From contig JBGAOA010000096.1 in NCBI GenBank assembly GCA_044222065.1, positions 1-11,231 of the forward strand: a stretch of DNA of 11,231 nt, written 5' to 3'. The translations under genes were made by a program, and so were the position numbers. Shown here piece by piece: positions 1 through 7,661 of the stretch. Positions within the stretch are counted from its first letter, which is position 1, and every line of letters begins with the position of its first letter. Below the pieces are notes generated by a model, which was not told the DNA's origin, did not search any database, and saw only the letters and a list, made by a program, of their open reading frames with translations. Origin of the DNA: Candidatus Eiseniibacteriota bacterium. GTDB lineage: Bacteria > Eisenbacteria > RBG-16-71-46.

Positions 1-1218
1 AAGAACTACTTCTATCCCGACATGCCGAAGAACTACCAGATCACGCAGTACGACCGGCCGCTGTGCGAGGGCGGCGCGCTCGCGATCGGCGAGGGCGCGA
101 AGCGCCGGGCGTTCCGGATCACGCGCGTCCACGTCGAGGAGGACGCGGGGAAGTCGTTCCATCCCGAACGGCGCGGCGACCGCAGGGTGTCGCGCGTGGA
201 CTTCAACCGCGCCGGCGTTCCGCTGCTCGAACTCGTCACCGAGCCGGACTTCCGCTCGGCCGAGGACTGCGCGGCGTTCCTCGTCGAGCTGCGGCGGCTC
301 GTGCGCTGGCTCGGGATCTCGGGCGGCGACATGGAGAAGGGCCAGCTGCGCTGCGATGCGAACGTCAGCCTGCGCCCGTCGGGGGACGAGGCGCTCGGCA
401 CGAAGACCGAGATCAAGAACCTGAACTCGATCAAGGGCGTCGAGAGCGGCGTGCTCGCCGAGGTCGACCGTCAGACGCGGCTGCTCGAGCGCGGCGAGCG
501 CGTCGTGCAGGCGACGCTGCTCTACGACGCCGATCGCGACCGGCTCGCCGTGATGCGCACGAAGGAGCGCGCGCACGACTATCGCTACTTCCCGGAACCC
601 GACCTGCCGCGATTGCGCGTGAGCGGCGCCGCGATCGCCGAGGCGCGAGAACGGCTGCCCGAGCTGCCGTGGGTGCGGGAGCGGCGGTTCGTCGAGTCGT
701 ACGGACTGCCCGCGTACGACGCCGGAGTCCTGTGCGCGGATCGCGTGCTCGCCGACTACTTCGAGGCGCTCGCCGGCGCCGCGGACCCCAAGCTCGCGAG
801 CAACTGGGTCATGGTCGAGGTGCTGCGGGTCGTTCGCGAGCGGGGGTGGACGCTCGAGGAGTGGCAGCTTCGAGTGCCGCCGGCGCGGCTCGCCGAGCTG
901 CTCTCCGCGATCTCGGCGAAGACGCTGCCGGGGCCGCTCGCGAAACAGGCGTTCGGCTGGCTCGCGTTCGAGGAGGGAAGCCTCCACGTTCTGCTCGAGC
1001 GCCACGGCGTGAGCGTGATGGGCTCGGAAGACGAACTGATTCCCATCGTGCGCGAGGTGCTCGACGAGAATCCGGGCCCGGTCGCGCAGGTGCTCGCGGG
1101 CAAGACGCAGACGTTCGGCTTCCTCGTCGGCCAGGTCATGAAGAAGAGCGGCGGGCAGGCGGTGCCGCAGACCGTTCAGGAGCTGCTGCGCGCCGAACTC
1201 GAGCGGCGCCGGACGTGA
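1..1218 (+). CDS. gatB: Asp-tRNA(Asn)/Glu-tRNA(Gln) amidotransferase subunit B, 5' end outside the window
   Basis: Frame is open from base 1 (KNYFYPDMPKNYQITQY). GatB motifs: HVEEDAGK, DFNRAGVPLLELVTEPD, LRCDANVS, EIKNLNS, DYRYFPEPDLP, C-terminal GFLVGQVMK. The ATG at 22 is internal. Confidence 0.98.
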   Translation, partial: KNYFYPDMPKNYQITQYDRPLCEGGALAIGEGAKRRAFRITRVHVEEDAGKSFHPERRGDRRVSRVDFNRAGVPLLELVTEPDFRSAEDCAAFLVELRRLVRWLGISGGDMEKGQLRCDANVSLRPSGDEALGTKTEIKNLNSIKGVESGVLAEVDRQTRLLERGERVVQATLLYDADRDRLAVMRTKERAHDYRYFPEPDLPRLRVSGAAIAEARERLPELPWVRERRFVESYGLPAYDAGVLCADRVLADYFEALAGAADPKLASNWVMVEVLRVVRERGWTLEEWQLRVPPARLAELLSAISAKTLPGPLAKQAFGWLAFEEGSLHVLLERHGVSVMGSEDELIPIVREVLDENPGPVAQVLAGKTQTFGFLVGQVMKKSGGQAVPQTVQELLRAELERRRT

Positions 1219-1757
1219 GCGCGGTCCCGAACGCGTCCGCGCGCGCGCGCTTCGAGCGCGAGGTGCGGGAGCGCGTGGCGCCGGGCGCGATCACCGCGAT
1301 CGCGATCGATCCGCGCCCCGCGGGCGTCGCCGCCCGGGCGCTCGGGTTCGCGCTCGCGACGCTCGCGCGCCGCGGCGTCGCTTCCGGACGCTGCTTCGTG
1401 CTCGTGGCGGACGGCGACGAGTCCGCGCGCTCGGCGCTCGCGGCGCACGGGCTGCCAGTGGTCGTCCACGATGCCGCACGCTCGCGCGCCTTCCCCGCGG
1501 GCCGCGTCGCGGGGCACGCGGTCGAGCTCGACGACGAACTGCGCGAGGCCGAGGCGATCGTCGCGCTCGGCCCTTCGCCGGACCCCGCGGCGCAAGACCC
1601 GTTGCCCGGCGCGATCGTGCCCGCGCTCGCCTCGAGCGCGACGCGCGAGTTCTTCGCCGCGGCCGGGGCGAGCGAGCGCGAGGCCGCGCGCGCGCTGGTT
1701 CGCGCCGACGCCGTCCTCGCGTGGCCCGAGCCGGGTGCGGTGCGCGCCGAACCTTGA
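1215..1757 (+). CDS. Hypothetical 180-aa protein resembling a degenerate LarA/DUF2088 N-terminal domain
   Basis: GTG at 1215 overlaps the gatB stop (GTGA) and the ORF fills the gap to purD. The motif order IAIDPRP, RRGV, FVLVADG, VVVHD, VELDDELREAEAIVALG, IVPALAS follows the LarA N-domain pattern (alignment by eye). Confidence 0.65.
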   Translation: MSAVPNASARARFEREVRERVAPGAITAIAIDPRPAGVAARALGFALATLARRGVASGRCFVLVADGDESARSALAAHGLPVVVHDAARSRAFPAGRVAGHAVELDDELREAEAIVALGPSPDPAAQDPLPGAIVPALASSATREFFAAAGASEREAARALVRADAVLAWPEPGAVRAEP

Positions 1758-1783
1758 CCCTCGTTCGCGCGCCTCGCTAGATT
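1754..1783 (+). promoter_or_regulatory. Sigma-70-like promoter for purD, probably leaderless
   Basis: TTGACC (1754-1759), 18-nt spacer, TAGATT (1778-1783). The GTG start at 1790 follows after 6 nt, with no Shine-Dalgarno. Confidence 0.6.
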
Positions 1784-1789
1784 GCGGAC

Positions 1790-3079
1790 GTGAACGCGCT
1801 GCGTGTCCTCGTGATCGGTTCCGGCGGGCGTGAAAGCGCGCTCGCGTGGCGGCTCGCGCGCGATCCCGAGTGCGCCGAAGTGACGCTCGCCCGCGATCCC
1901 GACGGCGCCACGGCGCCCGAGCCGCGCGTGCGCTTCCGCGCGCCCGACGCGCTCGACGAACTGCTCGACCCGGCGCGACTCGACCTCGTCGTGATCGGTC
2001 CCGAGCAGCCGCTCGCGGACGGCCTCGCCGACCGGCTGCGCGAGCGCGGCCTCGCCGTGTTCGGCCCGGGCCGCGGCGCCGCGCGCCTCGAAGCGAGCAA
2101 GTGGTTCGCGAAGGACGTCATGCGCGCCGCGCGCGTGCCGACCGCGCGCGCCGAGCGCGTCGAGTCCGCGGATGCGCTCGATGCGGCGCTCGGTGCGTTC
2201 GCGCCGCCCTACGTGCTCAAGGCCGACGGACTCGCCGCGGGCAAGGGCGTGCTCGTCACGGCATCGCGCGCCGAAGCGCTCGACTTCGGACGGACCGCGC
2301 TCGAAGGCGGACGCTTCGGCGCGAGCGGCCGCGCGCTCGTGATCGAGGAGTTCCTCGCCGGGGAGGAAGCGTCGGTGATGGCCGTGACGGACGGCGAGCG
2401 GTTCGTGCTCCTGCCGCCCGCGCGCGACTACAAGCGGGCGGAGGACGGCGACCGCGGTCCGAACACCGGCGGCATGGGCGCCTACGCGCCGGCGCCGCTC
2501 GGAGCCGCGCTCGAGGACACGATCGGACGGACGATCGTCGCGCCGGTGCTGGCCGAACTCGCGCGCCGCGGCACGCCGTTCACGGGCGCGCTCTACTGCG
2601 GACTGATGATCGACGGGCCGTCCGTGCGCGTCGTGGAATTCAACGCGCGCTTCGGCGATCCCGAGACGCAGGCCGTGCTGCCGCTGGTCGAGGGCGCGTT
2701 CGCGCGCCTGCTCCGGAGCGCCGCGACGGGCGCGCTCGAGCCGGCGCTCGTGTCGCGCGTCGCCGGCGCGTGCGTCGCCGTCGCGATCGCCGACGAGCGC
2801 TACCCCGAGGCGCCCTCGGGCGCGGGGCGGATCGCGGGACTCGAGGCGCTCGCCGCGCGCGGGCTCGTCGTGTTCCACGCCGGCACGCGGTTCGAAGACG
2901 CGGGCTGGCGGATCACCGGCGGACGCGCGGCGTACGTCGTCGCGCGCGACGACACGCTCGCCGCGGCGCGCTCGCGCGTCTACGAGGGCATCGAGAGCTT
3001 GCAGGGACACGGCTGGCGCGCCCGCCGCGACATCGCGGCCGCGGCCGGCGCGCTCGCAGCCACGGGAGGAAGGACGTGA
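1790..3079 (+). CDS. purD: Phosphoribosylamine-glycine ligase (GAR synthetase)
   Basis: VLVIGSGGRE, VVIGPEQPL, LEASK, VLKADGLAAGKGV, IEEFLAGEE, DYKR, GPNTGGMGAY, EFNARFGDPETQ, FHAGT, RRDIA. Confidence 0.97.
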   Translation: MNALRVLVIGSGGRESALAWRLARDPECAEVTLARDPDGATAPEPRVRFRAPDALDELLDPARLDLVVIGPEQPLADGLADRLRERGLAVFGPGRGAARLEASKWFAKDVMRAARVPTARAERVESADALDAALGAFAPPYVLKADGLAAGKGVLVTASRAEALDFGRTALEGGRFGASGRALVIEEFLAGEEASVMAVTDGERFVLLPPARDYKRAEDGDRGPNTGGMGAYAPAPLGAALEDTIGRTIVAPVLAELARRGTPFTGALYCGLMIDGPSVRVVEFNARFGDPETQAVLPLVEGAFARLLRSAATGALEPALVSRVAGACVAVAIADERYPEAPSGAGRIAGLEALAARGLVVFHAGTRFEDAGWRITGGRAAYVVARDDTLAAARSRVYEGIESLQGHGWRARRDIAAAAGALAATGGRT

Positions 3080-3573
3080 AGCGACCGACGAAGTCGAAGC
3101 CCCGCGTGGGGATCGTCATGGGCAGCGAATCCGATCGCGCGATCCTCGAGGAGGCGGGACGCGTGCTCGACGATTTCGGCGTCGGGTACGAGATCGCCGT
3201 GCGATCGGCGCATCGCACGCCCGACGCGGCGCGAACCTGGGCGCGGGGCGCGAAGGCGCGCGGCATCGAGGTCGTGATCGCTGCGGCGGGCGGGGCCGCG
3301 CACCTCGCGGGCGCGATGGCCGCGCACACGGGACTGCCGGTGCTCGGCGTGCCGCTCGCGAGTTCGCCGCTCGGAGGCTTCGACGCGCTGCTCTCGACCG
3401 TTCAGATGCCGCCCGGCGTGCCCGTCGGCACGCTCGGCGTGGGGACGTGGGGCGCGCGCAACGCCGCGCACCTCGCCGTGCGCATCCTCGCGCTCGGCGA
3501 TCCGCGGATCGCGCGCGCGCTCGAGCGGCATCGGGAAGCGCTCGCCGCTCCGAAGCCGCGACGGGGGAGATGA
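3076..3573 (+). CDS. purE: N5-CAIR mutase (class I PurE), 165 aa
   Basis: GTG at 3076 overlaps the purD stop (GTGA), with SD GGGAGG at 3064-3069. Motifs: VGIVMGSESD, SAHRTP, AGGAAHLAG, PVLGVP, DALLSTVQMPPGVPV. Confidence 0.97.
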   Translation: MKRPTKSKPRVGIVMGSESDRAILEEAGRVLDDFGVGYEIAVRSAHRTPDAARTWARGAKARGIEVVIAAAGGAAHLAGAMAAHTGLPVLGVPLASSPLGGFDALLSTVQMPPGVPVGTLGVGTWGARNAAHLAVRILALGDPRIARALERHREALAAPKPRRGR

Positions 3574-3574
3574 C

Positions 3575-4228
3575 GTGGAACTGATCCGGGTGGATCCCGA
3601 GCGCCCCGAGGACGAGGCGCTGAACGCGGCCGCCGAAGCGGTGCTGCGCGGCGGAGTCATCGCGTTCCCGACCGACACGCTCTACGGACTCGGTTGTTCG
3701 CTCTTCGACGTGTCCGCGGTCGAGATGATCGCGCGGCTCAAGCGCCGGCCCCCGTCGCTCGCCGTCATCTCGCTGATTCCGGAAGCCGACCAGGTGTACG
3801 GCCTCGCGATCGGCGTCGGCGACGTGGCGGAGCGCCTCATGCAGCGCCACTGGCCGGGGCCGCTGTCGCTGATCTTCCGCGCCGCGCCGATCGTGCCGCC
3901 GCGCGTGCGCGGCGCGGGCGGGACCGTGGCGCTGCGCGTGCCGCGCGACACGCTCTGCCAGCGGCTGCTCGAGCGCATCGGCGGCCCGGTCGTCTCGAGC
4001 AGCGCGAACCTGTCGGGCGCCCCGCCCGCCGAGAGCGCGGCCGAAGTGCTGCAGGCGTTCGGCAACCAGCTCGACCTCGTGCTCGACGGCGGTCCGCGCC
4101 GCGGGGGGCTGCCTTCGACGCTCGTGGACGTGAGCGGTCCGAAGCCGCGCCTCCTGCGCCGCGGCGCGCTCGACGTGACGGGCGACCTCGGAGACTTCGA
4201 CGAGCCCGAACCGGGGCCGCGCGGTTGA
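3575..4228 (+). CDS. tsaC: L-threonylcarbamoyladenylate synthase, stand-alone YrdC/TsaC domain
   Basis: FPTDTLYGL, LKRRP, WPGPLSL, ALRVP, SSANLSG, PSTLVD, LLRRGAL. At 217 aa it has no C-terminal SUA5 domain. Purine-rich SD at 3563-3570. Confidence 0.94.
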   Translation: MELIRVDPERPEDEALNAAAEAVLRGGVIAFPTDTLYGLGCSLFDVSAVEMIARLKRRPPSLAVISLIPEADQVYGLAIGVGDVAERLMQRHWPGPLSLIFRAAPIVPPRVRGAGGTVALRVPRDTLCQRLLERIGGPVVSSSANLSGAPPAESAAEVLQAFGNQLDLVLDGGPRRGGLPSTLVDVSGPKPRLLRRGALDVTGDLGDFDEPEPGPRG

Positions 4229-4254
4229 CCTTGGGTCCGAGCGGCTCCTATCCT
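4225..4254 (+). promoter_or_regulatory. Sigma-70-like promoter upstream of the phosphatase-ilvE-rpiB-glyA block
   Basis: TTGACC (4225-4230), 18-nt spacer, TATCCT (4249-4254). The ATG at 4264 follows after 9 nt, with no SD. Confidence 0.55.
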
Positions 4255-4263
4255 GACCCGCGA

Positions 4264-4755
4264 ATGTCTTCCGAATCCGCCGTGTTTCGAGTGCTGTTCG
4301 TCTGCACGGGGAACACCTGCCGCAGTCCGCTCGCGGAGGCCGCCTTCCGGCAGGTGCTGGGCCCCGAAGCGGCCCGTTTCGAGATCGGATCGGCCGGGGT
4401 CGCGGCCCGCGACGGGGATCCGGCGAGCGACGGCACGCGGCGAGTCGCGCGCGCGGCGGGGCTGGACGTGAGCGCGCACCGCGCCCGCCGCCTCACCTCG
4501 GCGCTGGCCCGCGGAGTGGATCTGGTGTTCGTCATGGAGCGTAGCCACCGCAACGCGGTGGAGAGTCTGGGCGTCGAGGGCGAGCGCGTGCACGTCGTCA
4601 GCGAATGGCCCGAGCCCGGGGAACCGGGATTGCCGGTCTCCGATCCGTTCGGCGGATCGGAGGAAGCGTACGAAGAGTGCTGGCGCCGGATCCGGCGCCA
4701 CGTCGAACGAATCGTTCCGCGAGTGATCGAGCAGTCGCGCGCGCGCTCGCGTTGA
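4264..4755 (+). CDS. Low-molecular-weight protein phosphatase, YwlE-like (probably protein-arginine phosphatase), 163 aa
   Basis: P-loop VLFVCTGNTCRSPLAE, plus SAG, DLVFVMERSH and the general-acid loop SDPFGGS. Start is ATG 4264, with GTG 4282 as an alternative. Confidence 0.9.
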   Translation: MSSESAVFRVLFVCTGNTCRSPLAEAAFRQVLGPEAARFEIGSAGVAARDGDPASDGTRRVARAAGLDVSAHRARRLTSALARGVDLVFVMERSHRNAVESLGVEGERVHVVSEWPEPGEPGLPVSDPFGGSEEAYEECWRRIRRHVERIVPRVIEQSRARSR

Positions 4756-4783
4756 ATCGAACACCAGCCTGAAGAGGTGCGTC

Positions 4784-5743
4784 ATGGCGATGCAGAAGGC
4801 CAAGCAGATCTGGATGAACGGAACGATGGTTCCGTGGGACGACGCCAAGGTGCACGTGCTGTCGCACGTCCTGCACTACGGGTCGGCGGTCTTCGAGGGC
4901 ATCCGCGCGTATCAGACTCCGAACGGTCCGGCGATCTTCCGGCTCGAAGACCACCTCGACCGCCTGTTCTACTCGACGAAGATCTATCGCATGAAGATTC
5001 CGTTCGACCGCGACACGCTGCGGCGCGCGTGCCTCGACATCGTCGCGACGAACGACCTGCAGGAGTGCTACATCCGCCCGCTCGTCTATCGCGGCTACAG
5101 CCACGTCGGCGTGGATCCGACGGGGACGCCGATCGACGTCGCGATCGCGGCCTACCCGTGGGGCAAGTACCTCGGTGAAGAGGGGCTCACGAAGGGCGTC
5201 GCGGTGAAGATCGGCTCGTGGTCGCGCATGGCGCCGAACACGCTGCCGGCGATGGCGAAGGCCGCGGGCAACTACCTCAACTCGCAGCTGCTGCGCCTCG
5301 AGGCGAACGCCGACGGCTACGCCGAGGCGATCGCGCTCGACGTGCACGGCTGCCTGAGCGAGGGCAGCGGCGAGAACCTGTTCCTCGTCTACAAGAACGA
5401 GATCCTCACGCCGCCGACGGGAAGCAGCGTGCTGCTCGGCATCACGCGCGACACGGTGTTCACGCTCGCGCAGGAGCTGGGCTACCGCGTGCGCGAGACC
5501 GTGCTGCCGCGCGAGATGATGTACATCGCCGACGAGGCGTTCTTCAGCGGCACCGCCGTCGAAGTGACGCCGATCTCGTCGGTGGACCGCATCCCGGTCG
5601 GCAACGGCGAGCGCGGACCCGTGACGAAGGCGATCCAGGAAGCCTTCTTCGCCACGGTGAAGGGGCAGACGCCGGATCGTCGCGGCTGGCTCACTCCGGG
5701 GCTCGCGGGCGTGCCCGCCGGCGCCGGCGCGCGGCGGCCGTAG
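4784..5743 (+). CDS. ilvE: Branched-chain amino acid aminotransferase (PLP fold type IV)
   Basis: LHYGSAVFEGIRAY, FRLEDHLDRL, YIRP, PLP lysine in AKAAGNYLNS, EGSGENLF, LLGITR, ADEAFFSGTAVEVTPI. SD-like GAAGAGG at 4771-4777. Confidence 0.97.
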   Translation: MAMQKAKQIWMNGTMVPWDDAKVHVLSHVLHYGSAVFEGIRAYQTPNGPAIFRLEDHLDRLFYSTKIYRMKIPFDRDTLRRACLDIVATNDLQECYIRPLVYRGYSHVGVDPTGTPIDVAIAAYPWGKYLGEEGLTKGVAVKIGSWSRMAPNTLPAMAKAAGNYLNSQLLRLEANADGYAEAIALDVHGCLSEGSGENLFLVYKNEILTPPTGSSVLLGITRDTVFTLAQELGYRVRETVLPREMMYIADEAFFSGTAVEVTPISSVDRIPVGNGERGPVTKAIQEAFFATVKGQTPDRRGWLTPGLAGVPAGAGARRP

Positions 5744-5747
5744 CTCC

Positions 5748-6194
5748 GTGCGCGTCGCGATCGGATCCGATCACGCCGGGTTCGAACTCAAGCAGCGCCT
5801 CGTGGCCGAGCTGAAGCAGCACGTTGCGGACCTCGGCACGAACAACGGCACCGACTCGGTGGACTACCCGGATTCGGCGATCGCGGTCGCGGAACGGGTC
5901 GCGAGCGGCGGCGCCGAGCGCGGCGTCGTCGTGTGCGCGACCGGGATCGGCGCGAGCATCGCGGCGAACAAGGTCCGCGGCGTCCGCGCCGCGCTCGTCA
6001 CGAACGAAGAGGCCGCGCACCTCACGCGCGAGCACAACGATTCGAACGTCATCGCGTTCGGCGGGCGCGTGCACGCCGACTTCGACGACGCCGCCCGCTG
6101 GCTCGCGATCTGGCTCGGCGCCGGGTTCGAGGGCGGCCGCCACGCGCGGCGGCTCGACAAGATCCGCGACTACGAGCGCGAGCACGGCGCCTGA
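5748..6194 (+). CDS. rpiB: Ribose-5-phosphate isomerase B
   Basis: [52 protein letters not shown]. Confidence 0.96.
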   Translation: MRVAIGSDHAGFELKQRLVAELKQHVADLGTNNGTDSVDYPDSAIAVAERVASGGAERGVVVCATGIGASIAANKVRGVRAALVTNEEAAHLTREHNDSNVIAFGGRVHADFDDAARWLAIWLGAGFEGGRHARRLDKIRDYEREHGA

Positions 6195-6204
6195 GGAAAG
6201 GGTC

Positions 6205-7458
6205 ATGGACGAACTCCAGCGCACCGATCCCGCGATCGCCGAGGCGATCGCGGCCGAGGAGCGGCGCCAGCGCGACACGCTCGAGCTGATCGCCTCCGAG
6301 AACTTCGTGAGCCGCGCCGTGCTGCAGGCGATGGGCTCCGTGATGACGAACAAGTACGCCGAGGGCCTGCCGCGCAAGCGCTACTACGGCGGCTGCGAGC
6401 ACGTGGACTCGGCGGAAGAGCTCGCGATCGAGCGGCTCAAGCGGCTGTTCGGGTGCGATCACGCGAACGTCCAGCCGCATTCGGGCGCGTCCGCGAACGT
6501 CGCCGCGTACCTCGCCGTCTCGAGCCCCGGCGACACGCTGCTCGGCATGAGCCTCGCGCACGGCGGTCACCTCACGCACGGCCACGCGGTTTCGGTGACG
6601 GGCCGGCTGTGGAAGGCGGTGCAGTACGGAGTGCGGCCGGAGGACGGCCGCATCGACTACGACGCGGTCGAGCGGCTCGCGATGGAGCACCGGCCGCGCA
6701 TCCTCGTCGCGGGGGCGAGCGCCTACCCGCGCGTGCTCGACTTCGAGCGCTTCGGCGCGATCGCCCGCGCCGCAGGCGCGGTGCTGGTCGTGGACATGGC
6801 GCACATCGCCGGGCTCGTCGCCGCCGGACTCCACCCGAGCCCGGTGCCGCACGCCGACGTCGTCACGACGACGACGCACAAGACGCTGCGCGGCCCCCGC
6901 GGCGGCGTGATCCTGTGCCGCGCCGAATGGGCCGAGAAGGTGGACAAGAGCGTGTTCCCCGGGCTGCAGGGCGGCCCGCTCATGCACGTGATCGCGGCGA
7001 AGGCCGTGTGCTTCGGCGAGGCGCTCGCGCCGGCGTTCACGGAGTACCAGGCCCGGGTCGTCGAGAACGCGAAGACGCTCGCCGAGACGCTGCTCGGACG
7101 CGGCTTCGACCTCGTCTCCGGCGGCACGGACAACCACCTGCTGCTCGTGGACCTGAGGCGCCGCGGCATGACGGGCAAGCTCGCCGAGGAGGCGCTGCAC
7201 CGGGCGCACATCACGGTGAACAAGAACGCCGTGCCGAACGATCCGCAGAAGCCGTGGGTCACGAGCGGCGTCCGGATCGGCACGCCGGCGCTCACGACCC
7301 GCGGCATGGGCGCGGCGGAGATGCGCACGATCGGGGCGTGGATCGCGCGCGTGCTCGAGTCGCCGGAGGACGCGGCCGTGACCGCCGCGGTCGCGCACGA
7401 GGTCCGGGCGCTCGCCTCGGCATTCCCGCTCTTCCCGGGCGAGGCGCGCGCGTCCTAG
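6205..7458 (+). CDS. glyA: Serine hydroxymethyltransferase, 417 aa
   Basis: ATG at 6205 after GAGGAAAGG. Motifs: [40 protein letters not shown] motif [35 protein letters not shown]. Confidence 0.98.
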   Translation: MDELQRTDPAIAEAIAAEERRQRDTLELIASENFVSRAVLQAMGSVMTNKYAEGLPRKRYYGGCEHVDSAEELAIERLKRLFGCDHANVQPHSGASANVAAYLAVSSPGDTLLGMSLAHGGHLTHGHAVSVTGRLWKAVQYGVRPEDGRIDYDAVERLAMEHRPRILVAGASAYPRVLDFERFGAIARAAGAVLVVDMAHIAGLVAAGLHPSPVPHADVVTTTTHKTLRGPRGGVILCRAEWAEKVDKSVFPGLQGGPLMHVIAAKAVCFGEALAPAFTEYQARVVENAKTLAETLLGRGFDLVSGGTDNHLLLVDLRRRGMTGKLAEEALHRAHITVNKNAVPNDPQKPWVTSGVRIGTPALTTRGMGAAEMRTIGAWIARVLESPEDAAVTAAVAHEVRALASAFPLFPGEARAS

Positions 7459-7478
7459 CTCCGCTCGAACGACGGAGC
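7458..7478 (+). terminator. Small hairpin immediately after glyA (possible terminator or 3'-stability element)
   Basis: GCTCCG (7458-7463) pairs with CGGAGC (7473-7478). No U-tract follows. Confidence 0.3.
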
Positions 7479-7480
7479 CC

Positions 7481-7539
7481 GGCCGCGCCGTGCAGGCTGA
7501 GTCGCGGCGCACTTCATCCTGCACGGTCGCATCGCGGCC
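7481..7539. repeat. Long imperfect inverted repeat (candidate enhancer or RNA hairpin)
   Basis: CCGTGCAGG (7488-7496) and CCTGCACGG (7518-7526) are perfect complements. Pairing extends inward (TGA/TCA, GT/AC) and outward (GGCCGCG 7481-7487 with CGCGGCC 7533-7539). Confidence 0.75.
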
Positions 7540-7608
7540 CCGGGAGCCCGCGCGATCTCGGAGGCCCGGATTTCGCGGTGCTTTTCGCGCCGGCCTCGAG
7601 GCCGCGAG

Positions 7609-7624
7609 TGGCACCGAACCTGCA
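7609..7624 (+). promoter_or_regulatory. Sigma-54 (RpoN) -24/-12 promoter
   Basis: TGGCACCGAACCTGCA versus the consensus TGGCAC-N5-TTGC(A/T): exact GG-N10-GC spacing with one mismatch. It is intergenic and ends 37 nt before the ATG at 7662. Confidence 0.75.
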
Positions 7625-7661
7625 GCGTCCGGAGGCGGCCCGTTCCCGGGGGATTTCGCGC

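Noticed and set aside
63..1214. Long upstream part of ORF 63..1757, and the similar 5' extensions of ORFs starting at 1846, 3694, 5824, 6453, 7765 and 9485
   Set aside because: These are Arg/Ala/Gly-rich off-frame readings of real genes caused by stop-codon scarcity at high GC. The true starts are at 1215, 3076, 4264, 6205, 7662, 8185 and 10049, so there are no gene fusions.
4752..4783. TTGAAT at the phosphatase stop as a third stop-codon -35 box
   Set aside because: There is no TAnnnT at 16-18 nt spacing. ilvE has an SD and is probably co-transcribed.
5741..7463. TAGCTCCG follows both the ilvE stop (5741) and the glyA stop (7456)
   Set aside because: Only 8 bp including the stop codon, which is compatible with chance. 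No further similarity.
7459..7661. Possible riboswitch (ZTP, purine, glycine), tRNA or other ncRNA in the intergenic region
   Set aside because: It lies downstream of glyA, and no conserved aptamer or cloverleaf motifs were recognised. The sigma-54 promoter architecture explains it better. An Rfam/Infernal scan would be decisive.
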